DNA of 45,930 nucleotides from a virus. A model generated the notes under the pieces. It was not told the DNA's origin and did not search any database. It saw nothing but the letters and a program-made list of their open reading frames with translations. The stretch lies in IMG/VR virus record IMGVR_UViG_3300025600_000009; one strand, written 5' to 3'. Within the stretch, counting starts at the first letter, position 1. Each line of letters begins with the position of its first letter. Of this stretch, positions 7,214 to 15,922 are shown piece after piece. The translations under genes and the position numbers were made by a program.

Positions 7214-9097
7214 TTACTTTGGAACAAATATTCTGTATTTTTTACCATTGATTTTCTTATCTGCAATAACTACTTCATAAAACTTTTTAACCTGCTTTGA
7301 GAACTCACCATTTGATAAAGCTTGCAAGCTATTTGACAAGCAGTATTCATGGTATGCCTTATAAACTTGATTTGTTGGTTCATTCTCAACCTGATCCTTG
7401 TCCAGTTCCTTGAAAAAACCAAGGATTGGATTGTTGTTTTCTTCAAATTCTTCAAGTTCTCTTTGAACCTTTTCCGATTCAGTAAAGTTCCTGTTGTTCA
7501 AAACCCTTTTCAATCCAACAAGTCCAACCTGGATCATATATTCAATTGCTTCCTGACTTTTCAGCAGATCACCGATAAATGGAACATAATCAGGATCAGT
7601 GGAAGTGAACTTTGCATTGAAGGGAACAATGATCAGCCTTCTAAGTATTGCAGTTGAATCCCTTCCTTTTCCGATCCTTGGAATGTTGTTTGCTGAAAAC
7701 AGCAGCTTCACATATGGTTCAAATTCAAACTTTGGTTGACCCTTTTGTTCAGCATCTATGGTTTCCCCGGTAACAATTTTCTTGAAGTCTGCTGCATCAG
7801 TGATGAATTCTTCTGATATATCATCACCAATGTTTGCAAGCTTTCCAAAGATCATGACTGTGCTGAACCTATCATTTAACTTTTTCAGATCCAGTGCTGA
7901 AACATTCCTTTTTCCAAGCATTGTTTTCAGCATATTCAATAATGTTGATTTTCCATTGCTTCCTGATCCAGTTAATATGAATGCTTTTCCAAGTTCATTT
8001 CTTCTGAACATGCAATATCCAATCATTTCTTCAAGTAACATTCTGATGTCCTTATCATCACATGCAATCTTGTCCAGGGTCTTATCTGTTAGATCATCAT
8101 GTGCATTTGGATTGTAATCCCAGTCAATCTTGTTTGTGATAATATGTTCATGTGAAAAGGGGATGAAGCTGTCATCATGTATGTTCAAAAGTCCATTCCT
8201 GAATGCAATCCAATTGGCATCTGTGGAAGGTGTGTTTTCTCTGATCATAATATCCAAGTATGACAAGACTTCTGTTCTCTTTGCTCTGTTCAGTTGTGGA
8301 ATGTGCTTGATCATTTCTGATTCGATTTCAGACAATCCACTGACATAAATTCCATCTTTGTATGAATGCAGTTGGTTGTTGATCCTTATAATGTGATGAT
8401 TGTTTTTTAAAAAGGTTGCAAACTTATCAAATAAAAAAGCTGTTCCCATAAAGAAGATAGGTTTTGCAAAAGCTTCATCACGAAGGATAATTTCAATTTC
8501 ATCATCTGATAAAGGATCTTTCAGGATATTTTTGTTGATGATCCTGATTGTTTCCCTTGCTTCTTCAACTTGAAAGTCACTTGATTGTAATGTTAATATG
8601 TAGTTGAACAAAGCTTGGTTTCTTCCATCACCTGCTTCCATGCTGATGAAGTCCATATTTGTTTTAATAGGGAACAGCCACTTTGGAAGATCTTGTGCTT
8701 CTTCATTTGTTGCAGTATCATAAAGGATCTTTCTTTCCTTATTGCCGAACTTCAAAATTGAATATGAATTTCTTTTTCCAATTTTGATGTCAGCAGTGAT
8801 TCCAATTGCAAGGTTCGCGTGGGTTCTGTTTGTTTCCACTGCTGAATTCTTAAATAAGAAGTGCTTTCCCCGGGTTGTTTCATATACTCTGCATTGAAGT
8901 TTCTTTTCTTGAACTATTTTGAACAATAGTTCACTTGGTTCAAATTCATCCACATCAATCAGAATTGTGTTTGTGTTCAATATTCCTGCAAATTCAGGCA
9001 GTGATTTCACTTGTTCATAGGATTTGAAATCAGTTCTTCCTTTGAATTTTTCTATGCATTTTTTATCTTTGGTTTCAACATATCCTTTGAAGAACAA
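7214..9097 (-). CDS. Bifunctional primase-polymerase / D5-P4-type helicase (replicative primase-helicase)
   Basis: 627 aa. N-terminal prim-pol motifs (LIDVDEFE, TTRGKHFLF). Walker A GSGSNGKST, with a P4/D5-like C-terminal region. Confidence 0.8.
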   Translation of the reverse strand: MFFKGYVETKDKKCIEKFKGRTDFKSYEQVKSLPEFAGILNTNTILIDVDEFEPSELLFKIVQEKKLQCRVYETTRGKHFLFKNSAVETNRTHANLAIGITADIKIGKRNSYSILKFGNKERKILYDTATNEEAQDLPKWLFPIKTNMDFISMEAGDGRNQALFNYILTLQSSDFQVEEARETIRIINKNILKDPLSDDEIEIILRDEAFAKPIFFMGTAFLFDKFATFLKNNHHIIRINNQLHSYKDGIYVSGLSEIESEMIKHIPQLNRAKRTEVLSYLDIMIRENTPSTDANWIAFRNGLLNIHDDSFIPFSHEHIITNKIDWDYNPNAHDDLTDKTLDKIACDDKDIRMLLEEMIGYCMFRRNELGKAFILTGSGSNGKSTLLNMLKTMLGKRNVSALDLKKLNDRFSTVMIFGKLANIGDDISEEFITDAADFKKIVTGETIDAEQKGQPKFEFEPYVKLLFSANNIPRIGKGRDSTAILRRLIIVPFNAKFTSTDPDYVPFIGDLLKSQEAIEYMIQVGLVGLKRVLNNRNFTESEKVQRELEEFEENNNPILGFFKELDKDQVENEPTNQVYKAYHEYCLSNSLQALSNGEFSKQVKKFYEVVIADKKINGKKYRIFVPK

Positions 9098-9104
9098 TTT
9101 TCAA

Positions 9105-9569
9105 TCACCGCCTTTCTTCTAAAATTTGCATATTCTTTTGCAGTTTCTCTTTCCTGCTGTGATAGTTATTGAATGATGTATTATAATAACTTTCCTTATT
9201 CTTTAACTGCCTGAATTCACTGTTTGCCTTTTTCAGATCTTCCCTTGCTGCCTTCAAGGGATCTTTTAATTTATCAGCTTTCATCCGAAGTATAATTTTT
9301 TTCAGGACATTGACCTTTGCTTCTGCTTCTCTGATCTTTGGTTTGATGTCCACATATTTATTTGCATATTCCCTTGAAAGATCATCACATTCTTTCTGTT
9401 CTTCTTTCATCCAGTCCAATATTGATTGAATAAGTTCATCCTGGTGCTGCCAGTCCAAAGTGATCACTGCAAGAACTTTTTTACAATCCTTTTGAGTGGA
9501 AGGAAAAAACTTGTCTAAATTTATAGTCATTTGACCATTTGTATATTTGATTTGAATTTGTTTTTTCAT
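9105..9569 (-). CDS. Coiled-coil hypothetical protein
   Basis: ATG at 9569 overlaps the polymerase stop (TAATG). Lys/Glu-rich helical sequence. Confidence 0.5.
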   Translation of the reverse strand: MKKQIQIKYTNGQMTINLDKFFPSTQKDCKKVLAVITLDWQHQDELIQSILDWMKEEQKECDDLSREYANKYVDIKPKIREAEAKVNVLKKIILRMKADKLKDPLKAAREDLKKANSEFRQLKNKESYYNTSFNNYHSRKEKLQKNMQILEERR

Positions 9570-11308
9570 TACTCCACCCCAAAGTCTGCAAGTCTTTTCT
9601 TTGCCATGTCGATATACCATTGTTTATTCAATTTGCTTGGAACTTTCACACCATTGACTTCATCATTGAAGATGAAGCAGCTTTCAGGGGAACTTTCCAA
9701 TTTTGCAGGTCTGCCAGTTTCAGCATGAAGTTTTTGAACCCCGGCATCATCAGGATCATTTGAAGCAAAGATCCTGATACACTTTTCCTTCACGATCTTA
9801 TCACCATGAAGAATATGGGTGTACTTGCTGCTGATCTTCTTGACCTGCTGAAATTCTTTCAGATCATTACATTCATTTACTGTTTTTTCAATTGGAATAT
9901 CCTTTACCATATAATCAATCAATGCTTTGTTTACTATTGGAAGATCATAGTCCAGGTTTCCAAGCTTCTTGACATATCCACCTTTTGATTTGTGCTTTCC
10001 TTTTGCATCAACTATGATGTAGTTGTTGACATCCTTCTGAAATACTCTTTTAAATTCATCAAATTCAAGTACCAGGTGGGTTCTTTGTTCCCATTCATAA
10101 CAAATGTCATCAATAACTTCATAATCTTCATACTTGTTCATTTTGATCAGAACACCATCTGTATTTGATTGGATGATCTGACAATGTGGTTCAAGCTTTT
10201 CAACCAGGTCAAGCAATAATAACTGCCCATATACACAAACCATGTTTGCTTGCCTTGGGTCAAATAGCTGATTGTTCTTGTCCTTCATTGCCCCATATGT
10301 ACCATTCAATACAAGTTTCAATGGAAGCTGCAAAGGGTTCTTTTCTGCTTTATATTGCAACCTGGTGTGATAGATTTCTTCATATTTCTTTGGATCTTTC
10401 ATGTTCCTGCTGCCCAGGTTATATTGGATCATCAGTGAAGGGTATAGTGAAGCAACATCCATGTTCAGGAAGTACCCTTCACCATGATATTTGCTTATTG
10501 CACCATGAACCCCACCCCAAGCAAATACATGGGGAACACCTGCAACCATGATGTTACATTGCATCTTTTTTGATTTTGGATTGTTGGGATCTTCATTGTA
10601 TTTTCTGTTTTCAGGGTTCATGTACCAATCAACAACTGATCTATATTTTTCAATGACCATAGTGGAAGGGAAGTCAATGTCAAATTCATCATCATGATCT
10701 TTTTTTACTGCATCCAGGATGATAGATGAAAGTTGAACTTTGGTCTTTGATAGTAGGAACAAATCAAGTGGTTTTCCTTTACAAGCAAGCTTCACCAAAC
10801 CCATATGTGCTTCAAAATCATCTTTTCTTTCCACGAACACTTCAACTGTTTGTTCCACATCATGTCTACAATATTTGACCGTTTCATCAAGTTCTTCCTT
10901 GGTCAACTTTCTATCAATATCAAAAGGAACTGAACTTTCTTTAATGTCGTTTCCCATGAACCCTTCAAATGTTTTCAAACCTCTGTCAATGCCAGTCATA
11001 ACATCATAGTTTATCAATTTTATATTTCTAAGAAGGGAAGAAAATTTCCATCCAGGATTGCCTTTTAAAATTATGAAGTCATTGATTTTTTTGGGTTCAA
11101 AACCACAAAGTATGCCCTTCAAGATATATTGGTCATAGTGCCTGGAATTGAACCCAACCCATATTTGATTGATATTTTCATTATGGATCTTTTCAAGTTC
11201 ATCAGGATCATTGATGATGACATATTCTTTTTTCTTTGTCATATCAATGACTACAACCAACCAATCTTCTTTGAAAACTTCAAAGTCATAGAACAACATT
11301 TCTTTCAC
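9569..11308 (-). CDS. DNA polymerase, family-B-like, with 3'-5' exonuclease domain
   Basis: 579 aa. Exonuclease motifs FYDFEV, NSRHYDQ, CRHDVEQT. Polymerase motifs DVASLYPSLM, LVLNGTYGAM, QSNTDGV. Confidence 0.75.
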   Translation of the reverse strand: MKEMLFYDFEVFKEDWLVVVIDMTKKKEYVIINDPDELEKIHNENINQIWVGFNSRHYDQYILKGILCGFEPKKINDFIILKGNPGWKFSSLLRNIKLINYDVMTGIDRGLKTFEGFMGNDIKESSVPFDIDRKLTKEELDETVKYCRHDVEQTVEVFVERKDDFEAHMGLVKLACKGKPLDLFLLSKTKVQLSSIILDAVKKDHDDEFDIDFPSTMVIEKYRSVVDWYMNPENRKYNEDPNNPKSKKMQCNIMVAGVPHVFAWGGVHGAISKYHGEGYFLNMDVASLYPSLMIQYNLGSRNMKDPKKYEEIYHTRLQYKAEKNPLQLPLKLVLNGTYGAMKDKNNQLFDPRQANMVCVYGQLLLLDLVEKLEPHCQIIQSNTDGVLIKMNKYEDYEVIDDICYEWEQRTHLVLEFDEFKRVFQKDVNNYIIVDAKGKHKSKGGYVKKLGNLDYDLPIVNKALIDYMVKDIPIEKTVNECNDLKEFQQVKKISSKYTHILHGDKIVKEKCIRIFASNDPDDAGVQKLHAETGRPAKLESSPESCFIFNDEVNGVKVPSKLNKQWYIDMAKKRLADFGVE

Positions 11309-11414
11309 ATCCTTTCTGTATAAGTATTATAATTCTTGGTTATACTAATAATGGGGAAGTATGGGATCAGGGATGCAGTAAAAAAATTTTTTAAAACATC
11401 CCTGCCCAAACTGA

Positions 11415-11879
11415 TTATTCTACTTCAAACACTTCTGTGATTGAATATGTGCTAAAATCCTTTTTGCCTTTTTCATACTTCAATCCAAATTCAAGCTTTC
11501 CATCAACTGCTTCCATAATATCCATCAAAAGATTTCCATATTGCTTGTAAGTCTTAAAAATATTTTGAGGAAGATCAATTCCACTATCCATTGATCTAAG
11601 AAGTTCATTGGCAATATGGATCTGAAACCCTTGTGTAATTACCTGATTGAAGAAAATCAAGCTGCCTTTGTATTCCCCGGAAACAATCTTGAACCAAATA
11701 CTGACCATTGGATCACCCTTCTTGGATGCAACCAATTCCAACTTTGTCACTGCCACTTCATATTCACCATGAGGAACTTCTTTAAAACTTCCAGTTCCGT
11801 TTTCTGCTGCTTCCTTAACATCATTTGCCAAACCCTCTGTATCAATTGCATCATCAAATTTATCCCAAATATTTGCCAT
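11415..11879 (-). CDS. DUF669-type phage protein (ssDNA-binding-like recombination accessory)
   Basis: 154 aa. The N-terminal D/E-rich segment followed by PHGEYEVAVTKLE...GDPMVSIWFKI resembles DUF669. Usual neighbour of Sak4-like ATPases. Confidence 0.55.
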   Translation of the reverse strand: MANIWDKFDDAIDTEGLANDVKEAAENGTGSFKEVPHGEYEVAVTKLELVASKKGDPMVSIWFKIVSGEYKGSLIFFNQVITQGFQIHIANELLRSMDSGIDLPQNIFKTYKQYGNLLMDIMEAVDGKLEFGLKYEKGKKDFSTYSITEVFEVE

Positions 11880-11952
11880 TTTAATTCACCTTAACCTTTC
11901 AAATTTTGATTTATTTTTTTTGTTTAACTTGTTCAATTCCTTTGAACCATTC

Positions 11953-12288
11953 TTATTTCTTGAAGATCTGTGTCACAAGTGCTTCTGCAATGGACTTTGC
12001 AAGCAAATCCTGTTCACTTGGTTTGAAGTCCTTGTCCTGTTTCAAGTCCAGGTCTTTGAATACCTTATCAAGCATCAGTTCACATGCAGCCTGATCAAAT
12101 GCTTCTTTGATTTCAGGATCTACTTTCAAAATTGTTGTGATAGAACTTGCAACACAACTTCTCAATACTGCCTGTTGTACTTCACCCGGGAAAACATTCA
12201 TCATTGGTGTGATATTGACTGCAACATTCATTGCCTTCACATGACCCTTGTCATGCATCAACTTCATAAATTTTTCATACTTTGCCAC
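11953..12288 (-). CDS. Hypothetical protein
   Basis: 111 aa ORF, co-oriented. No motif recognised. Confidence 0.5.
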   Translation of the reverse strand: MAKYEKFMKLMHDKGHVKAMNVAVNITPMMNVFPGEVQQAVLRSCVASSITTILKVDPEIKEAFDQAACELMLDKVFKDLDLKQDKDFKPSEQDLLAKSIAEALVTQIFKK

Positions 12289-12290
12289 TA

Positions 12291-14108
12291 TTATTCACCC
12301 CTCTTTTTTCTTGTTCTTGTTGGTGCTTCCTTTTCAGGTTCAGCAGCAGGTGCATCTTCCTTTGGTGCTGCATCAGCATCAGGTGCTTTTCTTGACCTTC
12401 TTGTCTTTGGTGCTTCTTCAACTGGTGCATCAGGTTCAGATTTAACTGGATCAGGAACATTTTCAGGTGCAGGTGCTTCCTGTTCAACTGGTTTGGATGT
12501 ACTGTCAGAAGTCATATTTCCTTCATCTGACCCTTCATCAACTGTTGGTGGTGTTTCTGTCTTGGTTCTTCCTTTTCTTCCACCAGTGGTCTTATTTGAA
12601 GTCTTGCCAGGTTCATCTTTTGCAGTTTCTTTTGGTGTTTCACCTTTGAGTTTTGCAACTGCATTTCTGTTTGCTTCTGCATAGACTTCAAGGAAAGCAT
12701 CATAATCAAGTGGAATTTCAGTTGTTGAAGCAGTAAGTCTGCCACCACCAAAGATGACTTCATTTGTTTTGAATGAAAGGACACGAACTTCACCATCAGC
12801 CACAACCCTTGCAACTATATCAACCAATCCTGCAACCTTGTTTGCTGTCTTTTCTTGAAGGTTTGGTTTGATTGCAGTGATCTTGTCACCGCCTTTTTTC
12901 GTGATGTCCTTGGAAGTATCTTCATGACTGATAAGGATAATATTTTCATAGTCCAGGTTCATCAGTTTCTTCAATGTTGAAAGGAATTCAGTTCTAACCT
13001 TATCCCATGCCCTGAAACTATCATCTGATTCATGGGTGATCCCCATTTGGTCATACATGTACAATCTGCACGATTCATAAGTATCTTCAAGTAAGTCAAC
13101 AATGATGGTCTTGAACTGGTTGTCCTTCTTTTCAAGTTCACCAATGACTTCTTTGAATGTTTCCCATGCAAGCTTTCTTTTGGTCATTCTACCTTCAACA
13201 GTCACCTGATCTTTGATTGCAACATAAGGTGCATCAACAAATTTGATGTTTCCATCAGTGTTCAGCATCAATGGTTCAGGAAACTTGTTTGCAAATGTGG
13301 TCTTTCCGCTGAATGGTGATCCATACATCCAAATCACCTTTTTATTAATTTTTTCAATATTTCTTCTTTCACTTTTTGGTAATAACATATAATCCACTCC
13401 CTTTTCACAATATTCTTGGTATTCACAATACCTGCATAGATAACTTGGTTCTTTTGGAAAGTCTGTTGCTTCCAATACATTTTTCACCTGAAACAAGAAC
13501 TGAATGACTTTTTCGTAGTTGAATTCAATCTTGATCAGTTGTGGTGACTGCTTGTCCAATTCACTTTGAATCCTTTTTCTGAACTGGAACAAATCTTCTG
13601 TCTTTTTCTGCTTGATGCTTACCTTGGGAACAAATAAGAAGTACATGTTTCTAATGATCTTTCCTGTTTGCTTTTCCCAAAAGTATTTGTACAAGTGAAG
13701 CTGTGGTGACTGTCTGTAATTTGAAACATTGTTGGAATACTTGAAATCATAAAGGTCAAATGTTCCATCTTCATTTGGTGTGATCAAATCAATAAACCCT
13801 TTGAAGTGTTCATTGTCGATCAGCAATTCATGTTCACCCTTTGGAAGCATTTCTGCTGCTCTTGGGATCACATGTTCCAACTTCATTGCTTCTTCAATGT
13901 GCCTGTCTGTAATTAGTGGATAAGCCATGAAGTATTCTTTAATTGCTGCATCAACACCCTTTTCAAGTCCTGTGTGCAATGCTTGTCCAATAATCAAAGC
14001 ATGTTCTGCATTATCAGGTGGAAGGGTCAGTATTTTGTCACCATATCGCAGCTTGTACTTGAATGGGCATTTCTCAAATAGTTCAATTCTTGAATGTGAA
14101 ACCTGCAC
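12291..14108 (-). CDS. Fusion protein: Cas4/RecB-like PD-(D/E)XK nuclease, then Sak4-like RecA-family ATPase, then a low-complexity P/E/A/K/T tail
   Basis: 605 aa. N-terminus SHSRIELFEKCPFKYKLRY, DLYDFKYS, QLHLY, CRYCEYQEYC. Middle Walker A GSPFSGKTT. C-terminal roughly 130 aa are Pro/Glu/Ala/Lys-rich. Confidence 0.7.
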   Translation of the reverse strand: MQVSHSRIELFEKCPFKYKLRYGDKILTLPPDNAEHALIIGQALHTGLEKGVDAAIKEYFMAYPLITDRHIEEAMKLEHVIPRAAEMLPKGEHELLIDNEHFKGFIDLITPNEDGTFDLYDFKYSNNVSNYRQSPQLHLYKYFWEKQTGKIIRNMYFLFVPKVSIKQKKTEDLFQFRKRIQSELDKQSPQLIKIEFNYEKVIQFLFQVKNVLEATDFPKEPSYLCRYCEYQEYCEKGVDYMLLPKSERRNIEKINKKVIWMYGSPFSGKTTFANKFPEPLMLNTDGNIKFVDAPYVAIKDQVTVEGRMTKRKLAWETFKEVIGELEKKDNQFKTIIVDLLEDTYESCRLYMYDQMGITHESDDSFRAWDKVRTEFLSTLKKLMNLDYENIILISHEDTSKDITKKGGDKITAIKPNLQEKTANKVAGLVDIVARVVADGEVRVLSFKTNEVIFGGGRLTASTTEIPLDYDAFLEVYAEANRNAVAKLKGETPKETAKDEPGKTSNKTTGGRKGRTKTETPPTVDEGSDEGNMTSDSTSKPVEQEAPAPENVPDPVKSEPDAPVEEAPKTRRSRKAPDADAAPKEDAPAAEPEKEAPTRTRKKRGE

Positions 14109-14443
14109 TGTATCACCCCTTTCATAATTTCTTTGAATTTTTCTAATCCATCAGGGAATAGGATGATCCCAATTCCATTTGATTGATTGATCCTTGCAGT
14201 GTTCATCTTCTGTAATTCAGAAGCATGTCCATTTGGTGCTTTCAGTTCAACTGTGACGAATATTCCATTCACACAAAGGATCAGATCAGGAATTCCGCTT
14301 TTCTGATAACCACCACCCCATATTTTAGTAAACCAACCAATCTGTTCCGTATGCATCTGCTGTGATGGTGTACCTGCCTGATAGACACCTATTGAATGCA
14401 GGTACTTTTCAACTTTCTTTTCAAATAGCTTTTCACTTGCCAT
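14027..14443 (-). CDS. VRR-NUC domain nuclease
   Basis: ATG at 14443 with GAAGGTG ribosome-binding site. GIPDLILCVNGIFVTVELK matches the D...ExK VRR-NUC core. Its 3' end overlaps the next gene by about 82 nt. Confidence 0.6.
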   Translation of the reverse strand: MASEKLFEKKVEKYLHSIGVYQAGTPSQQMHTEQIGWFTKIWGGGYQKSGIPDLILCVNGIFVTVELKAPNGHASELQKMNTARINQSNGIGIILFPDGLEKFKEIMKGVIQCRFHIQELNYLRNAHSSTSCDMVTKY

Positions 14444-14780
14444 GACACACCTTCTTTCTTTTGAAAAGTCCAGTATCCCATGCATGTTGAATATTTTCTG
14501 ACTGTGTGACCCATTCAAGTTGTGATGCTCTGCAATCTTCCTTTTTACCTTTCTTGTGGTTTACAATATTTCTAATACCAGGTTCAGGGTTTTCAATGAA
14601 GGTTTCTGCAACCAATCTGTGAAGTCTAAGCATTTGACCATCAAGTGTGACTTTCAAATAACCCCTTCCATCACTCCAAGGTTTCAGAATTTGTCCTGAT
14701 TTCCTGGAACGAACTTGACCCATCCTATTAAGTTCATAGTTTGGATGTTCGTCAATCACCTTCCAAACTATCCTGCACAT
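14433..14780 (-). CDS. HNH homing-type endonuclease (NUMOD4 + HNH_3-like)
   Basis: 115 aa. WKVIDEHPNYELNRMGQVRS, GYLKVTL, RLHRLVAETF, NHKKGKKEDCRASQLEWVTQSEN. Confidence 0.75.
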   Translation of the reverse strand: MCRIVWKVIDEHPNYELNRMGQVRSRKSGQILKPWSDGRGYLKVTLDGQMLRLHRLVAETFIENPEPGIRNIVNHKKGKKEDCRASQLEWVTQSENIQHAWDTGLFKRKKVCHGK

Positions 14781-14781
14781 G

Positions 14782-15243
14782 TTACTTCACTTCAACTTTT
14801 ACATAAGCTGACTTGTTTGAAACCTTGGAACATTCAGAAGCAATTTCAGGATACTTTTCTTTCAACTTCTTTGAATCAACACTGTTTGCTGTTGTAGCTG
14901 CAATATAAGTAATTTTGATCACTTCATTATTGAAAGACTTAATTCCATGTTGTTCCATTGCTTTTTGAAGCTGTGCTTTCATGGTCTTTTCTTTTTCTTC
15001 CAGGTCTTTTTTTTGAGTTACAATATCAGCTATGCTTTGAATGATTGCTGCTGATTTTGTTTCAAACACTTCAAGTTCTGTTGATCCTTCAACAACTGCA
15101 TCAGGACAAGTTCCTTCAAAATCTTCACCGGGAATTAGATCACAAGCACCATTGTCTTTGCAGCCTTCCAAATCCTCACATGATAAACAACAAATATCTT
15201 TTCCTTTTGGGCAACCCCCATTTTTACACTTAATCATTTTCAT
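14782..15243 (-). CDS. Cys-rich N-terminus / coiled-coil hypothetical protein
   Basis: 153 aa. About 10 Cys in the first 45 residues (CKNGGCPKGKDICCLSCEDLEGC). No family recognised. Confidence 0.5.
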   Translation of the reverse strand: MKMIKCKNGGCPKGKDICCLSCEDLEGCKDNGACDLIPGEDFEGTCPDAVVEGSTELEVFETKSAAIIQSIADIVTQKKDLEEKEKTMKAQLQKAMEQHGIKSFNNEVIKITYIAATTANSVDSKKLKEKYPEIASECSKVSNKSAYVKVEVK

Positions 15244-15922
15244 TCATCCTTTCATCTATATAATTTTTAAATGCTTGCATATTGCTTAAAACTTTGATGG
15301 TGTAGTTGGTTTCATATATTCCTTGCTTCCAAAGCTTTGCTGCACCAGTTTCACCCATGTTGTATGCCATCAATACTTTTTCAGGTGTTTCATATTTTTC
15401 AAATAAATTTCTTAATATGTAAACACCTGATCTGCTGCTTTGGTATGGATCAAGGAAATCTGTGATCCCAAGCTTTTCTTTCAACCATTCATGATTGATT
15501 TTATTTATCTGCATTAATCCATAATCATTTGTTGAACTTACTGTGTCAGAATCAAAACTGCTTTCTGTCTGTATTACACCCATAACGAATGCATAATCAA
15601 TGTTGTATCCATATGATAGGCAGTAAATAAATTCTTGAAGGTCTTTGTCCAAGCTAACTTCCAAAGGTATGAATCCAAGTTCAGAACCGCTTGTCCAATC
15701 TTTTGACATTCCCCAGGTGTAAGTTTTTCCATCAATAGTTCCATATGGTTGAACTTCTTTGAACTGTGCAATTGTTTCTGCACTTGTTGGTTCTTTGGTC
15801 ATTGCACTTGCAATGCTTGTGATTCCCCAACCAATTAGAATACCAATAACTAAGAGAACACCCCATGAAATCATGACCTTTTTAAACCTTTGCTTGTTTC
15901 TCAAATTCGTTGAATAATTCAT
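15230..15922 (-). CDS. Membrane-anchored lytic transglycosylase (SLT domain)
   Basis: 230 aa. N-terminal transmembrane helix (WGVLLVIGILIGWGITSIA). SLT catalytic motif IQTESSF...NDYGLMQIN. Confidence 0.75.
   Translation of the reverse strand: MNYSTNLRNKQRFKKVMISWGVLLVIGILIGWGITSIASAMTKEPTSAETIAQFKEVQPYGTIDGKTYTWGMSKDWTSGSELGFIPLEVSLDKDLQEFIYCLSYGYNIDYAFVMGVIQTESSFDSDTVSSTNDYGLMQINKINHEWLKEKLGITDFLDPYQSSRSGVYILRNLFEKYETPEKVLMAYNMGETGAAKLWKQGIYETNYTIKVLSNMQAFKNYIDERMNEND

Noticed and set aside
11340-11410. The hairpin cagggatg...catccctg (8-bp stem, 21-nt A/T loop) downstream of the polymerase start region as a terminator
   Set aside because: There is no T-run after the stem on either strand and the loop is long. 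It could be a protein-binding palindrome but the support is too weak to annotate.
11920-12814. Large plus-strand ORF (254 aa) and minus-strand alternative-frame ORFs across 11920-12814
   Set aside because: They overlap the low-complexity Pro/Glu/Ala/Lys tail of the 605-aa gene and gene 11953-12288. Their translations are low-complexity or hydrophobic mirror-frame artefacts without start-site support.
14027-14108. The 82-nt overlap between the VRR-NUC ORF and the nuclease-ATPase ORF as evidence of a pseudogene or sequencing frameshift
   Set aside because: Both proteins have complete recognisable N- and C-terminal motifs in their own frames. The overlap is unusual but needs no disruption. It cannot be resolved without reads.
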